64,000 nt of DNA from Bacteroidota bacterium (GTDB taxonomy: Bacteria; Bacteroidota; Bacteroidia; Bacteroidales; JAGNHN01): assembly GCA_022710185.1 (NCBI GenBank), contig JAKLHK010000012.1:19245-83244 (forward strand). The letters run 5' to 3'. The first letter of the stretch is position 1. Every line of letters starts with the position of its first letter. Positions 37,355 to 46,866 of the stretch are shown piece by piece. The translations under genes were made by a program, and so were the position numbers. The notes beneath the pieces are model-generated. The model ran no database searches. It had not been told where the DNA came from and was given only the letters and a program-made list of their open reading frames with translations.

Positions 37355-37702
37355 ATGAAAAGCATCAGTATCCTTCTCTTCAGTTTTGTGTTCAGCCTCA
37401 GCCTTATGGCAGGCGCCAATCCTACCGGAACTTCTGCACCTGCCGGTACCGCGGCCCTGAACGGCTACGTGCTCGACCGCCTTTCCGGAGAAGCCCTGGG
37501 CGGCGTAGAGATCACCATTGAAGGGACCGATCAGCACTTTTATACCGATTTCGACGGGAAGTTCGAGATCCAGGGCCTGGCCCCGGGTTCCTACAACCTG
37601 ATCGTTTCCTACATCTCCTATGAGAAAAGCCTGCTGGAAAGCATCCCGGTAAAAGCGGGTGACGAGAACTCCCTCGATATCCGGCTGGTCGCCACCAAGT
37701 AA
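37355..37702 (+). CDS. Stand-alone carboxypeptidase-regulatory-like (CarboxypepD_reg) domain protein, secreted
   Basis: 115 aa with a signal peptide. LNGYVLDRLSGEALGGVEITIEGTDQHFYTDFDGKFEIQGLAPGSYNLIVSYISYEK resembles the N-terminal domain of both TonB receptors in this window, but has no plug or barrel. Confidence 0.65.
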   Translation: MKSISILLFSFVFSLSLMAGANPTGTSAPAGTAALNGYVLDRLSGEALGGVEITIEGTDQHFYTDFDGKFEIQGLAPGSYNLIVSYISYEKSLLESIPVKAGDENSLDIRLVATK

Positions 37703-37730
37703 ACACTACTCCTCTACATCCAATGGATAG

Positions 37731-37758
37731 ACAGCGCCCTGGCGGCGCTGTTTCTGTT
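37731..37758. terminator. Hairpin between convergent genes (possible bidirectional terminator)
   Basis: 8-bp stem ACAGCGCC/GGCGCTGT with a 5-nt loop, followed by TTCTGTTT. Confidence 0.45.
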
Positions 37759-38843
37759 TAAAACCTGATCTCGGCCACCAGCTCCACCACCGTTTCCCTG
37801 TGCCCTTCCGGGTCGTACACATCGGCATTGATCAGGACCTTCTGTCCGTGGAGAAAGTGGTAGCAAAACCCCGCTATGGTGCGTCGGCCATCTTCCCAGG
37901 TATCCCCTGACCTGGCACTGAACAGGTCATAGCGGCCGATCAGGCTGAAATGCCGGGCAAAGGTGTACTCTCCGAAGAGCGAGTAGCCTCGCAATGGGCG
38001 CGGCAGCATGTTCTCGTCAACCAGTGAGCCGAAGGAGTTGCCAGTCCCATCCACATACTGTATCATCGATCGGAAGGCCGGAACGGCATAGGAAAGCGAA
38101 GCCAGGTGAAGGCGCCAATCCGGGCCTTCAGGTATGTTTCCCTCTCCGAGGGCAAGGGAATAAGTAAGCTGAAGACCTGGAAGTTGAACCGGCAGTGGTC
38201 TCAGGCTTAACCGGCCTTCAAGGGTCTTGCCGTTGTTCTTCTCCAGGGCGTAATAGCCTCCACCATTGTATACTCCGAGCGACACGCTCCCGTATTTTCC
38301 TGGAAAGGCATCGTTGACGGATTTTACATATGACTCGTCAAGTTTTCCTCCGAGCAGGGTCACGAAGGTGAGCCCGAAGTCGGCCGAGTTCATAATGCCC
38401 ACGCGCTCGGCATACATCGTTCCCTGCAGGCGGTAGCGGTTGATCTTCTCCTCAAAATCCAGCCAGGGCCGGGATACCATGCCGAAATCCAGATAAGCCT
38501 GTCCTAAACCAGGCATACCCTTAGTTTTCAATCGGATATAAAGATATTTGAGGCGCATCTCTATATTGCCCGCATCGCTGCCTTCCCGGTCAGTGATGAT
38601 GTCCTGTGTAAAACGGACGGATATCAGGTCATTGAACTTCTTGCCAAAGGTTACATACCCTCTTCGAAGGAAGAACTGATTGGAATGCTGCCCCTCTTCC
38701 TCCACGTTTTGATATGCCACAAACCATTGACCGCTGATGTCGATCCCCATGGGCGGGCGCTGGGCATTCAAACTATCCTGGGCTGTCAGGGCCACAGCGA
38801 TAAGGAAAAGGGAACAAAACAGGGCAAGAGGCAAGCGGCTCAT
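37758..38843 (-). CDS. Outer-membrane beta-barrel porin (phosphate-selective porin O/P-like by context)
   Basis: 361 aa with a signal peptide, alternating beta-strand pattern and a C-terminal ..VAEIRF. It is adjacent to two Pi transporters. The specific family assignment is tentative. Confidence 0.6.
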   Translation of the reverse strand: MSRLPLALFCSLFLIAVALTAQDSLNAQRPPMGIDISGQWFVAYQNVEEEGQHSNQFFLRRGYVTFGKKFNDLISVRFTQDIITDREGSDAGNIEMRLKYLYIRLKTKGMPGLGQAYLDFGMVSRPWLDFEEKINRYRLQGTMYAERVGIMNSADFGLTFVTLLGGKLDESYVKSVNDAFPGKYGSVSLGVYNGGGYYALEKNNGKTLEGRLSLRPLPVQLPGLQLTYSLALGEGNIPEGPDWRLHLASLSYAVPAFRSMIQYVDGTGNSFGSLVDENMLPRPLRGYSLFGEYTFARHFSLIGRYDLFSARSGDTWEDGRRTIAGFCYHFLHGQKVLINADVYDPEGHRETVVELVAEIRF

Positions 38844-38924
38844 GTCATGTGCAATTGAGAGCAGGGATCAACAACTGGGTTGCTGCCTTTCCCCGGATTA
38901 GGCCGCAAAAATAGAAAAGTATGG

Positions 38925-38958
38925 AAACAAGAGAGGCCGGAACCTCTGGTCCGGCCTC
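38925..38958 (-). terminator. Possible terminator after the MORN-repeat gene
   Basis: 9-bp stem GAGGCCGGA/TCCGGCCTC (38933-38958). The downstream minus-strand sequence is T-rich (tcttgtttcc). Confidence 0.45.
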
Positions 38959-38981
38959 AGGAATCAAGCTTGTTAATGAAA

Positions 38982-39443
38982 CTAATACTCCCTTTTGTTC
39001 ACGAGTTCACCCTGCTCGTTCCACATATACCAGGTTCCTGCCTTGCGCCCTTCCAGATAGTTCATTTCATAACGCTTGACCCCGTTATGATCCCATACAT
39101 ACCAATTGCCGTGCTTCTGGTCGTCCTTGTATGAAGCTTCAGCAATCTTCACCCCATCCTCAGACCAGCTGATCCATGTCCCCTCCTTCCGGCCCATGGA
39201 GTAGTTGCGTTCCTCGTTCTTCTGGCCATTGGAATGGAACAGGATGACCTTGCCATGCTCAGAACCATCCTTGATGTTGCGGATGACCCGGGGATTGCCG
39301 TTCTCGTAGTATTCGGTGTGGGTGCCGGTATACAGCATGCCGTCCTTGAAATAATACCCATCCCTGTATTCCAGTTGCTGCGCAAAGAGTGAGCCCAGGC
39401 TGGTCAGCAGGAACACCGTTATTATGAAGGCCCTTGTTCTCAT
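38982..39443 (-). CDS. MORN-repeat variant / YwqK family protein, secreted
   Basis: 153 aa with a signal peptide and repeated G-x-W/H motifs (GKVILFHSNGQ, EGTWISWSEDG, HGNWYVWDHNG, AGTWYMWNEQG). Confidence 0.75.
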   Translation of the reverse strand: MRTRAFIITVFLLTSLGSLFAQQLEYRDGYYFKDGMLYTGTHTEYYENGNPRVIRNIKDGSEHGKVILFHSNGQKNEERNYSMGRKEGTWISWSEDGVKIAEASYKDDQKHGNWYVWDHNGVKRYEMNYLEGRKAGTWYMWNEQGELVNKREY

Positions 39444-39515
39444 GAAGTGTTCTTTTGATAGTGATTAAAGGTACATTGGATATTCAGCCCTTCGTGAACA
39501 TTAAGCAATATTAAC

Positions 39516-42419
39516 TCAGATCCGCAGGCTGAACCCCAGGCTGAAGGAGCGTCCCGGGTTTATCAGGCTGTAGTTCATATCCTCCGTCTCGTAGGCGCGG
39601 TAAACGCTGCGCACCTCCTCGTCGAGCAGGTTGGCCATTTTAAGATCGAGACTGGCCTTTCGCTCCTTTCCGAACTTCTTGCTGATGCTGAAGTTCAGGC
39701 TGCGGAACGGCTCGATATAGATATCCGGGAAAAGCCCGCCGCCTACAATGGTCAGGGTGCTGCCCTTGACATTGTAGAACAGCCCGGCGTCGAGGCCATG
39801 CTTATAATTTCCATAGGTGATCCCGGCGTTCACGACATAGGGCGATTGTCCGGCCATTTCGCGGCTGCGGTCGATGGATTCCCCGCTCTTCTGAAAGGCC
39901 GTGCGAGAGTTGAACTCTGAATCCGTCATGTCGATGGACGAACGAACCAGGGTATAGTTAGCATTGAGGCTCAGGTTTTTCCAGGATGGAGCCAGGAAAT
40001 CCAGGTCCTTCTTGAACTCGAATTCCAAACCGTACAACTGGCCGTCACCCATGTTCCTGGGTTGGTACTCGGTGCTGGTCTGCTGCTCCGGGATACGCAC
40101 CAGTTCTATCGGATCGCTGAAACTTTTGTAGAAGCCGCTGAGTGAAATGATCTGTCCGTTATTCATGAACAGCTCCCAACGCAGGTCGAGGTTGCTGATG
40201 CGGGTCTCGCTGAGCTTTCCATCCCAGTCACCATAGGTAAATAAACTCCCGTTGAAGATCCTGTTCGATATAGGGTCGAGGATTTGGGCAAAGGACAGTT
40301 CCTTGAAAGAGGGCCGGGCGATAGTCCTGGACCAGGTCAGCCTAAGGTTTTGTTTCTCGGTCAGGCTGTAAATGAAGTTGACCGAAGGGAACAGGTCCAG
40401 GGACTCCAGTACCTTCTCGTTTTCCAGGTTCTTACCGTTCACTTCATCCCCGCTCGCATACTGCTGATCACGGCCAGTATGCCGCTGCACATAGTTCTCG
40501 ACCCTGAGCCCGAGGATCGTTTTGAGGTCCCGGAAGGGGGTGAACTCATTGGAGACGTAGAGTGCCGTGTTATTCACGCTGGAAGCGTAGGCGTTGGGGT
40601 TGGGATCGCTGTTTCCGGACTGGTAATAGATGCTATTGGGCTTGTTCGGGTAGAGGTTTTCCTCATCCAGCACCAGGGCCGGGTCTGGGTCAGGCCATGA
40701 TTGGGTCCCTCCCCAGAACTGAACATCGAAGAAAAGGATTTCGTAATCCCTTTGCTTATAGGTGTGACTGGCACCGAAGCGCAGACGGGCCGCATTGCCC
40801 AGGAAGTCGTACTTGCGCGTGAGGTCAATCTTGGAACTGATGTTTACTTCATCCAGGTAGCGCCAGATGCGGGTGGGGTTCCCCCCTGCCCCGGCGCTGA
40901 ATGCGTAAGTTCCTGAGCTCGTTTGGGTAAAAGCCGTCTTGCGGATATCGGGATCGTCAGATACCGAGAACGTGGGCGAAATGCGCCAATCGATCTCCCA
41001 TTGGCCTTCGTTCAGCAGATGGGTACCCTGCAGCAGGATATTACGCAGGGAACGTTGGTTGTATTCCAGGTTGTGCGAGAAGGCCGAATAGCCGGATTGC
41101 CCTACGGCTTCACCGTCATTGAGGATAGTGAAGCGGGCTGCCCTGCTCTCTCCGTTCTGCAGCAGCAAAGCCGTGAGCCTGAGCTTTGTATATTGATTCT
41201 TGTAGGCCACACCGGCCAACAAACCACCCAGAACGTTGTGCTCGCCAATCTCGCCCTGCTGCAGCGTGGCATAGCGCATGGCATAGGTGCCGGGGTCGAT
41301 GGAGCGCTGGTACTCGCTGTTCTCCACCTGACTATAATACTTGTAATCCGATTTATAGGAGAGCGAAACGATATAACCCAGGCTGGCGCCCTTCTCTCCT
41401 TCGGCCCTGTTCTTCAGTTTCTTCTGATCGCCATAGGAAAACCCGAGACTGTAGTCCACCAGGCTCTTCTCCCTCCGGGCCTCCAGGGTGTTGCTGAAAC
41501 TGCGGATGAAGTCGGACACCTCCTGTTTGCCGGCCCCACTGATGGGTGTCGGGATACTGGATTGATCGGCACCCTCCGGCAAGGCCCTGGTTCCATCATC
41601 AAAACCGAGGAAATCCGTGGCCCCACCCTCATAGCCCAGGAAATCGGAATTCAGGTGCATGTCCGGGTTGAAGCCTGCACTGAAGGAAACGCTCATCATC
41701 CGCTTGTCGGGGAAATCCTTGGTCTCCACATTCATGATCCCGCCCGTGAAATCGGCTGGCATGTCTGCCGTGAAGCTTTTATGGACCATGATGTTATCGA
41801 TCAGGTTGGTAGGAAAGATGTCCATCTGGAGGCTGTTCTTGTCGGGGTCAAGGCCGGGAATGTCCACCTGGTTAAGGGTGGTCTTGGAATAGCGGTCACC
41901 CAATCCCCGGACGTAAACATACTTCCCTCCTTCAATGGAAACCCCGGTCACGCGTTTGGCAGCCTCCACTGCGGTGCCGTCCCCGGTGAGCTGCATGCGG
42001 GCAGAAGAAATGCCGTCCATGATCACCGCCGATTTCATTTTCAGGGTATTGACCGCGGCTTCGGTAGTGCGGACCATCTCCGCCTTCACTACCACTTCCC
42101 CCAACTCGAGGCTGCTTTCCTTCAACCGCATATCATTCAGGAGCTTCACTTCCCCGGCTTTCACCTGGAGGTCTTCGATGGTGATGGTCTGGTAGGAGAT
42201 ATACGAGATCTGCAGGTCATAGGTGCCGGGCTCAATGTCCAGGGAGAATTTTCCGTCGAGGTCGGTAATACAGCCCCTCAGCGTTCCCTTGATCAGGATG
42301 GATACCCCGACCAGGGATTCCCCGGTGCCGTCATCGAACACGGAGCCGCGTATGGTGCCCCGCTGGGCCATAGCCAGGGTGCTGAAAAGGAGCAGGGCAA
42401 TAATTGATAATTTGCGCAT
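39516..42419 (-). CDS. TonB-dependent receptor with N-terminal CarboxypepD_reg domain
   Basis: The start at MRKLSIIALLLFSTLAMAQ (42419) gives a signal peptide. GTIRGSVFDDGTGESLVGVSILIKGT.., a plug region, and a long barrel. Confidence 0.88.
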   Translation of the reverse strand: MRKLSIIALLLFSTLAMAQRGTIRGSVFDDGTGESLVGVSILIKGTLRGCITDLDGKFSLDIEPGTYDLQISYISYQTITIEDLQVKAGEVKLLNDMRLKESSLELGEVVVKAEMVRTTEAAVNTLKMKSAVIMDGISSARMQLTGDGTAVEAAKRVTGVSIEGGKYVYVRGLGDRYSKTTLNQVDIPGLDPDKNSLQMDIFPTNLIDNIMVHKSFTADMPADFTGGIMNVETKDFPDKRMMSVSFSAGFNPDMHLNSDFLGYEGGATDFLGFDDGTRALPEGADQSSIPTPISGAGKQEVSDFIRSFSNTLEARREKSLVDYSLGFSYGDQKKLKNRAEGEKGASLGYIVSLSYKSDYKYYSQVENSEYQRSIDPGTYAMRYATLQQGEIGEHNVLGGLLAGVAYKNQYTKLRLTALLLQNGESRAARFTILNDGEAVGQSGYSAFSHNLEYNQRSLRNILLQGTHLLNEGQWEIDWRISPTFSVSDDPDIRKTAFTQTSSGTYAFSAGAGGNPTRIWRYLDEVNISSKIDLTRKYDFLGNAARLRFGASHTYKQRDYEILFFDVQFWGGTQSWPDPDPALVLDEENLYPNKPNSIYYQSGNSDPNPNAYASSVNNTALYVSNEFTPFRDLKTILGLRVENYVQRHTGRDQQYASGDEVNGKNLENEKVLESLDLFPSVNFIYSLTEKQNLRLTWSRTIARPSFKELSFAQILDPISNRIFNGSLFTYGDWDGKLSETRISNLDLRWELFMNNGQIISLSGFYKSFSDPIELVRIPEQQTSTEYQPRNMGDGQLYGLEFEFKKDLDFLAPSWKNLSLNANYTLVRSSIDMTDSEFNSRTAFQKSGESIDRSREMAGQSPYVVNAGITYGNYKHGLDAGLFYNVKGSTLTIVGGGLFPDIYIEPFRSLNFSISKKFGKERKASLDLKMANLLDEEVRSVYRAYETEDMNYSLINPGRSFSLGFSLRI

Positions 42420-42440
42420 AAATGGGTGATTCTTATAACA

Positions 42441-42476
42441 GGAAACAGACGTGGAGGTTTTCTCCACGTCTGTTCC
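42441..42476 (-). promoter_or_regulatory. Strong intercistronic hairpin between the lipoprotein gene and the TonB receptor gene
   Basis: 12-bp perfect stem ACAGACGTGGAG/CTCCACGTCTGT with a 5-nt loop, extendable by GGAA(A)/TTCC. It ends 22 nt upstream of the receptor start. No U-run follows on the minus strand. Confidence 0.45.
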
Positions 42477-42545
42477 ATGCATTGTTGCTTGGATTATTCA
42501 ACGCTGGTTCATCGCATGGTTGAAGTGATGAATGCAGTCCGGGGA

Positions 42546-43757
42546 TCAAAGGCCGGTCAGCTGTCCGGCCTGGGCAGCCCAGGTCCAGCTGAAAACGGAG
42601 GTGTTAGCCTGAGGATTTCCCCCTGCAGTAACGCCTGCCGGTACGGCACCGTTCACATGGTTGGCCAGACTGTCGGCAGGAACATCCAGTGTGATATTGG
42701 TGAAGGTCACGCCTGCGGCGGTAACCCGGTTGATCTTCTGGCCGTCAGCAATGCCGGTGAAGTGAAGGCCCTGCAGGTCAACGATAGAGTTGGCATCCAC
42801 GTTGATCAGGTCCTCCGACTGGCGGTCCTCATTGGAGGCCACGATGGTACCGGTCTTGATGGTATGGCCACCCTGGTAGGAACCTTCGGGGCCGTCCAGC
42901 TCGAAGCAATGCCCGGCCGGGGTCACGACAACGAAGTTCTCAAGGGTGCCACTCCACGACTGGTCGGTGTCGATGGCATCGTCACCGACATTCCAGACCA
43001 CCACGTTTTTCACATTGACGGCACCACCAAACCATTCGATGCCATCATCCTGATTGGAGACCACTTCCACGTTCTCGATCACGGTACCCGAGCCTACACC
43101 ACCCAGGGTGAGGCCGTTGATTTCGTTGCCGGAACCTATGTTGGAACCACCGTGACGGATGGAAATGTACTTAATTATGCCAGAATCGTCGGCATCGTCA
43201 TTTCCACCGTAAAGGCCATTGGCGTCTGAGGTGGGGATACCTTCGATCTGCACTTCGGTAAGGTCACCACTGGTATTGGAGGCGCTGATGCGGGCTTTGC
43301 CCAGGATGATAAGGCCGCCCCACAGCCCGTTGATATCGGGATCAAGGTTAGGTGAGCCGAAATTGCCGGCAGCGATGTCTTCGGGGGAGATCTCATCCGC
43401 CACCGAAGTGAAAATGATGGGGGCATCGGCCGTTCCTTCTGCAATCAGGCGTCCGCCACGGGCGATCAGCAGAGCTGTAGCATTGGCACCCGTACCCGCT
43501 TCACCTTTAATAATAGTACCTGCCTCAATCGTCAGGGTTGCCCCGCTAACAACAGCGATCCTGCCCGCCAGCTGGTATACCTTATCGCTGGTCCAGGTAG
43601 TGTTGGAAGTGATATTCTGGTTCACAATCACGTTACCGGTGACGATTGGATCATTATCTACAGGATCGTCATCGTTACAGGATACCAAGGCAAAGCTAAG
43701 GCTAAGGCCGATCAAGGGAAGAATTAGGATGTTCTTGCTTTTCATTTCAACGCGCAT
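42546..43757 (-). CDS. Beta-helix-like surface lipoprotein, co-oriented upstream of the TonB receptor
   Basis: 403 aa with lipobox LSFALVSCNDDD (start possibly MKSKN at 43745). Gly/Asn/Thr-rich repetitive turns (..GATLTIEAGTIIKGEAGTGANATAL..). Confidence 0.65.
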   Translation of the reverse strand: MRVEMKSKNILILPLIGLSLSFALVSCNDDDPVDNDPIVTGNVIVNQNITSNTTWTSDKVYQLAGRIAVVSGATLTIEAGTIIKGEAGTGANATALLIARGGRLIAEGTADAPIIFTSVADEISPEDIAAGNFGSPNLDPDINGLWGGLIILGKARISASNTSGDLTEVQIEGIPTSDANGLYGGNDDADDSGIIKYISIRHGGSNIGSGNEINGLTLGGVGSGTVIENVEVVSNQDDGIEWFGGAVNVKNVVVWNVGDDAIDTDQSWSGTLENFVVVTPAGHCFELDGPEGSYQGGHTIKTGTIVASNEDRQSEDLINVDANSIVDLQGLHFTGIADGQKINRVTAAGVTFTNITLDVPADSLANHVNGAVPAGVTAGGNPQANTSVFSWTWAAQAGQLTGL

Positions 43758-43869
43758 GTTAATTTTGTTTGATTACGCACTGCAAAAAAACACCTGCAAT
43801 GTAAATTGGACATTAACACTGCGTTAAGTTTCCGTTAAGCTGAGGGGAATGTTAACGACAGATGAACTT

Positions 43870-44781
43870 TCATCCGCACAAAAGGGAGGCCTTCAGAAAA
43901 CGTATGCGCCCCCGGAAATCCCTGGCCAGGCCAACATTCAGATAACCTGCAGCAGTGAATATGCTGGCCGTTTCATCTCCCAGGGCCTCGTTGAGTTCAG
44001 CCAGAACCATTCCTCCGGGAACCAGCAGCTGTTTGCCCCATAGTGCCAGAGAGCGGTAGAAGGCCAGGGGGTCCTCATCCGGAGCGAAGAGCGCGCTATG
44101 GGGTTCCCATTCCAGCACATTAGGCTGCATCAACTGGTGTTCTTCCCACCTGACATAGGGAGGATTGGAGAGGATAAGATGAAGGTTTCCCTGAACCCCA
44201 GGAGGAGGCGGACGCAATAGGTCGGCATGTACAAACTTGACATCCAAACCGTTGCGCAGGGCATTCTCCCCTGCGAGCGTCAGGGCTTCCTCACTGAGGT
44301 CGGTACCCGTGACCTTTGCTCCCGGAAACCACCGTTTCATAGCCAGGGCCAGGCAGCCGGAACCTGTGGCAGCATCGAGGATACGAGGGGCTGGCAGCCA
44401 GGTAGTCCTTTCCCTGAGGATATCCCTGGCCATGCATGCCATCTCCTCGGTTTCCGGGCGGGGAATGAGTACGGCAGGACATACCTTCAGCTGAAGACCG
44501 GCGAAATCCACCTCGCCAAGGATATATTGCCAGGGCTCATGCCCCAGCGCCCGTTGTACCATCTCCCCTACCTTGGCCACGACATCCGGGCCGAAGCTGG
44601 GCCTTCGTGTGATGAGACCCAACCAGTCCTCCCCGCTGGCATGGCCTATAAAGAGGCGTGCAAGGGTGTCAGCCGCTTCAGTAGAATGCAGGGGCAGAAG
44701 GTCATTAGTCACCCGGGTGCGCAGGTCCTGAAATTCAACGGAACCTTGATACTCGGGCAAACGGGGCCGGAAGTCCTCCAT
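43870..44781 (-). CDS. prmC: Peptide chain release factor N(5)-glutamine methyltransferase
   Basis: SAM motif ILDAATGSGCLA and catalytic NPPY (ILSNPPYV). The start is set at MEDFRP (44781), because the upstream 72 codons of the ORF are antisense to ribD. Confidence 0.88.
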   Translation of the reverse strand: MEDFRPRLPEYQGSVEFQDLRTRVTNDLLPLHSTEAADTLARLFIGHASGEDWLGLITRRPSFGPDVVAKVGEMVQRALGHEPWQYILGEVDFAGLQLKVCPAVLIPRPETEEMACMARDILRERTTWLPAPRILDAATGSGCLALAMKRWFPGAKVTGTDLSEEALTLAGENALRNGLDVKFVHADLLRPPPPGVQGNLHLILSNPPYVRWEEHQLMQPNVLEWEPHSALFAPDEDPLAFYRSLALWGKQLLVPGGMVLAELNEALGDETASIFTAAGYLNVGLARDFRGRIRFLKASLLCG

Positions 44782-44814
44782 GGAACGAAGGTATAAAAAA
44801 GGTAAATTTGCCTG

Positions 44815-45891
44815 ATGAGCTACCCCGCCACCTATATGAGGCGCTGCCTCGAACTGGCATCCAAGGGTCTCGGCCGGGTGGCCCCAAATCCCCTGGTCGG
44901 CTGTGTGGTGGTTCATAATGACCGCGTCATTGGTGAAGGTTACCACTTCCGCTATGGCGGCTCCCATGCCGAAGTGATTGCCGTGGAGGCTGTGCACGAC
45001 AAGTCATTGCTGCGTGAGGCCACACTCTATGTGAACCTTGAACCCTGCTCCCATCACGGAAAAACGCCACCTTGTGCCGATCTTATCATCGCCCTGGGCA
45101 TACCCCATGTGGTCATCGGCACTGAAGATCCCTACCCGGTTGTGGCGGGCAAGGGCATACAGCGCCTGAAGGATGCAGGCGTTCAGGTTGAATGTGGGCT
45201 CCTTGCCGCGGAGTGCCACTGGCTGAACCGCAGGTTCTTCAGTTTCCATAGGCTGGGAAGGCCGTATGTGGTCCTGAAATGGGCCGTTACCGACGATGGC
45301 TTTATGGCCCCTGCGGAGCGGGGCCCGGGACGGAGGGAACAGGGCTGGATCAGCGGGAACACAACCCGGGTAATCACCCACCGCTGGAGAAGCGAAGAGG
45401 ATGCGGTGATGGTTGGAAGCCGGACACTTCAATTCGATGACCCTGAACTGAATGTCAGGCACTATGCAGGACGCAACCCAGTGAGGGTATTGCTGGACAT
45501 GCGGCTGGAGGCGGGGAAAGCTATGAAAGCCATGCAAAGCGATGCGCGGGTGATCGTAATAAACGGTGTTCGTGAGGGTACCGAAGGGCATCTGGAATAT
45601 CGCCGCATTGCGGGTGGAAGCACCATGGTGAACGAGGTACTCCATCTGCTGCATTCCCTGGAAATTCAAAGTCTCATCGTGGAAGGCGGTGCGCAGATAC
45701 TCTCCCAGTTCATTGCCCAGGGACTATGGGATGAAGCCCGGGTGATCAGGGGCAATAAGCATTTCGGGCAGGGCCTTCCGGCCCCTGTCCTGGGGCAGGC
45801 GTCAGTGACTTCACTGCATGCGGGTGACGACACCATCGACACATACTATAATATGTCCGGCCCCTTCTTCCCCAAAAAACCCAAATCCTAA
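44815..45891 (+). CDS. ribD: Bifunctional diaminohydroxyphosphoribosylaminopyrimidine deaminase / 5-amino-6-(5-phosphoribosylamino)uracil reductase
   Basis: 358 aa with deaminase zinc motifs HAEV and PCSHHGKTPPC, plus a C-terminal reductase domain. Confidence 0.92.
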   Translation: MSYPATYMRRCLELASKGLGRVAPNPLVGCVVVHNDRVIGEGYHFRYGGSHAEVIAVEAVHDKSLLREATLYVNLEPCSHHGKTPPCADLIIALGIPHVVIGTEDPYPVVAGKGIQRLKDAGVQVECGLLAAECHWLNRRFFSFHRLGRPYVVLKWAVTDDGFMAPAERGPGRREQGWISGNTTRVITHRWRSEEDAVMVGSRTLQFDDPELNVRHYAGRNPVRVLLDMRLEAGKAMKAMQSDARVIVINGVREGTEGHLEYRRIAGGSTMVNEVLHLLHSLEIQSLIVEGGAQILSQFIAQGLWDEARVIRGNKHFGQGLPAPVLGQASVTSLHAGDDTIDTYYNMSGPFFPKKPKS

Positions 45892-45894
45892 GGA

Positions 45895-46866
45895 ATGTCA
45901 GGAAAGGAAAGGTCCGCCACCTTGCTTAAGGCTGCGTTCATCGGAATCGGAGGAAATGCCTTCCTGGCCGCGTTTAAGATATTTGCCGGATTCTATGCCG
46001 GATCCTATGCCGTGGTCGGTGACGGGATCGATTCCACAGCCGATGTCGCCTCCTTCTTTCTTACCCTATTTACCGCCCGGCTGATCGCCCGTCCGGCTAC
46101 CCTCAAGTTTCCCTACGGATTCAGCAAGGCCGAGAATATCGCAACCAAGGCACTCTCCTTCCTGCTTTTCTTTGCCGGCTTCCAGTTCATGCTCTCCGCC
46201 CTGCTCAGGCTCATTGATCCAGGGGTACATGAAGTACCCGGGAACCTGGCCATGGTGGCCACCGGGGTCAGTATCGCCGGAAAGCTCTTGCTTGCCGCAT
46301 ACCAGGCCCGACTGGGCAGGCGGATCAACAGCGACCTGCTCATCGCCAATGCCCGCAATATGCAAGGGGACGTGCTCATCTCCGTCGGAGTGCTGCTCGG
46401 CCTCATCCTGACCGTGGTCTTCCAGGCCCCCCTGCTCGACCTCATCGTTGCGCTGCTTGTGGGTGCCTGGATCATCCGCATCGCCTTTCGCATCTTCATG
46501 GAATCCAACGTTGAGCTGATGGACGGAGTCAATGACCCTGAAGTCTTCCTGAAGATATTCCAGGCTGTAGACAGTGTGGAACATGCCCATAATCCGCACA
46601 GGATCAGGACAAGACAAATCGGGGGACGATATATTATCGCCCTTGACATCGAAGTGGAGCCCAGCCTTAGGGTGGATGAAGCCCATCATATCGCCCGTGA
46701 GGTGGAACATGCCATCCGCAGCCAGATCGACCAGGTCTTCGATATCCTGGTTCATGTGGAGCCCCTGGGCAATGCCGAAGAAGAGGTCACAGGAATCACC
46801 CGCCAGGGGGTTAAAGAGGCCTATCCCCAATGGGCGAACGACACTTCAGAGAAGGATGAGGAATAG
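45895..46866 (+). CDS. Cation diffusion facilitator family transporter
   Basis: 323 aa: AVVGDGIDSTADV.., six TM segments and a C-terminal cytoplasmic domain. Confidence 0.88.
   Translation: MSGKERSATLLKAAFIGIGGNAFLAAFKIFAGFYAGSYAVVGDGIDSTADVASFFLTLFTARLIARPATLKFPYGFSKAENIATKALSFLLFFAGFQFMLSALLRLIDPGVHEVPGNLAMVATGVSIAGKLLLAAYQARLGRRINSDLLIANARNMQGDVLISVGVLLGLILTVVFQAPLLDLIVALLVGAWIIRIAFRIFMESNVELMDGVNDPEVFLKIFQAVDSVEHAHNPHRIRTRQIGGRYIIALDIEVEPSLRVDEAHHIAREVEHAIRSQIDQVFDILVHVEPLGNAEEEVTGITRQGVKEAYPQWANDTSEKDEE

Noticed and set aside
40923-42407. 494-aa plus-strand ORF inside the TonB receptor gene. Similar cases: 61631-62689 minus, 51103-51948 minus opposite dnaA, 55405-56283 minus, 46066-46830 minus, 26032-26793 minus, 6201-7340 plus, 5103-5849 plus, 31246-31911 minus.
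   Set aside because: All are antisense to genes with clear family motifs, have biased Gly/His/Val/Arg composition, and lack signal peptides or recognisable domains.
44782-44997. N-terminal 72-codon extension of the prmC ORF (track ORF 43870-44997)
   Set aside because: The extension is antisense to the 5' end of ribD. MEDFRP at 44781 gives a normal-length PrmC and a 33-nt divergent intergenic region.
46574-46855. 94-codon upstream extension of the 5'-nucleotidase ORF
   Set aside because: It overlaps the CDF transporter gene out of frame. The internal ATG at 46856 yields a canonical signal peptide.
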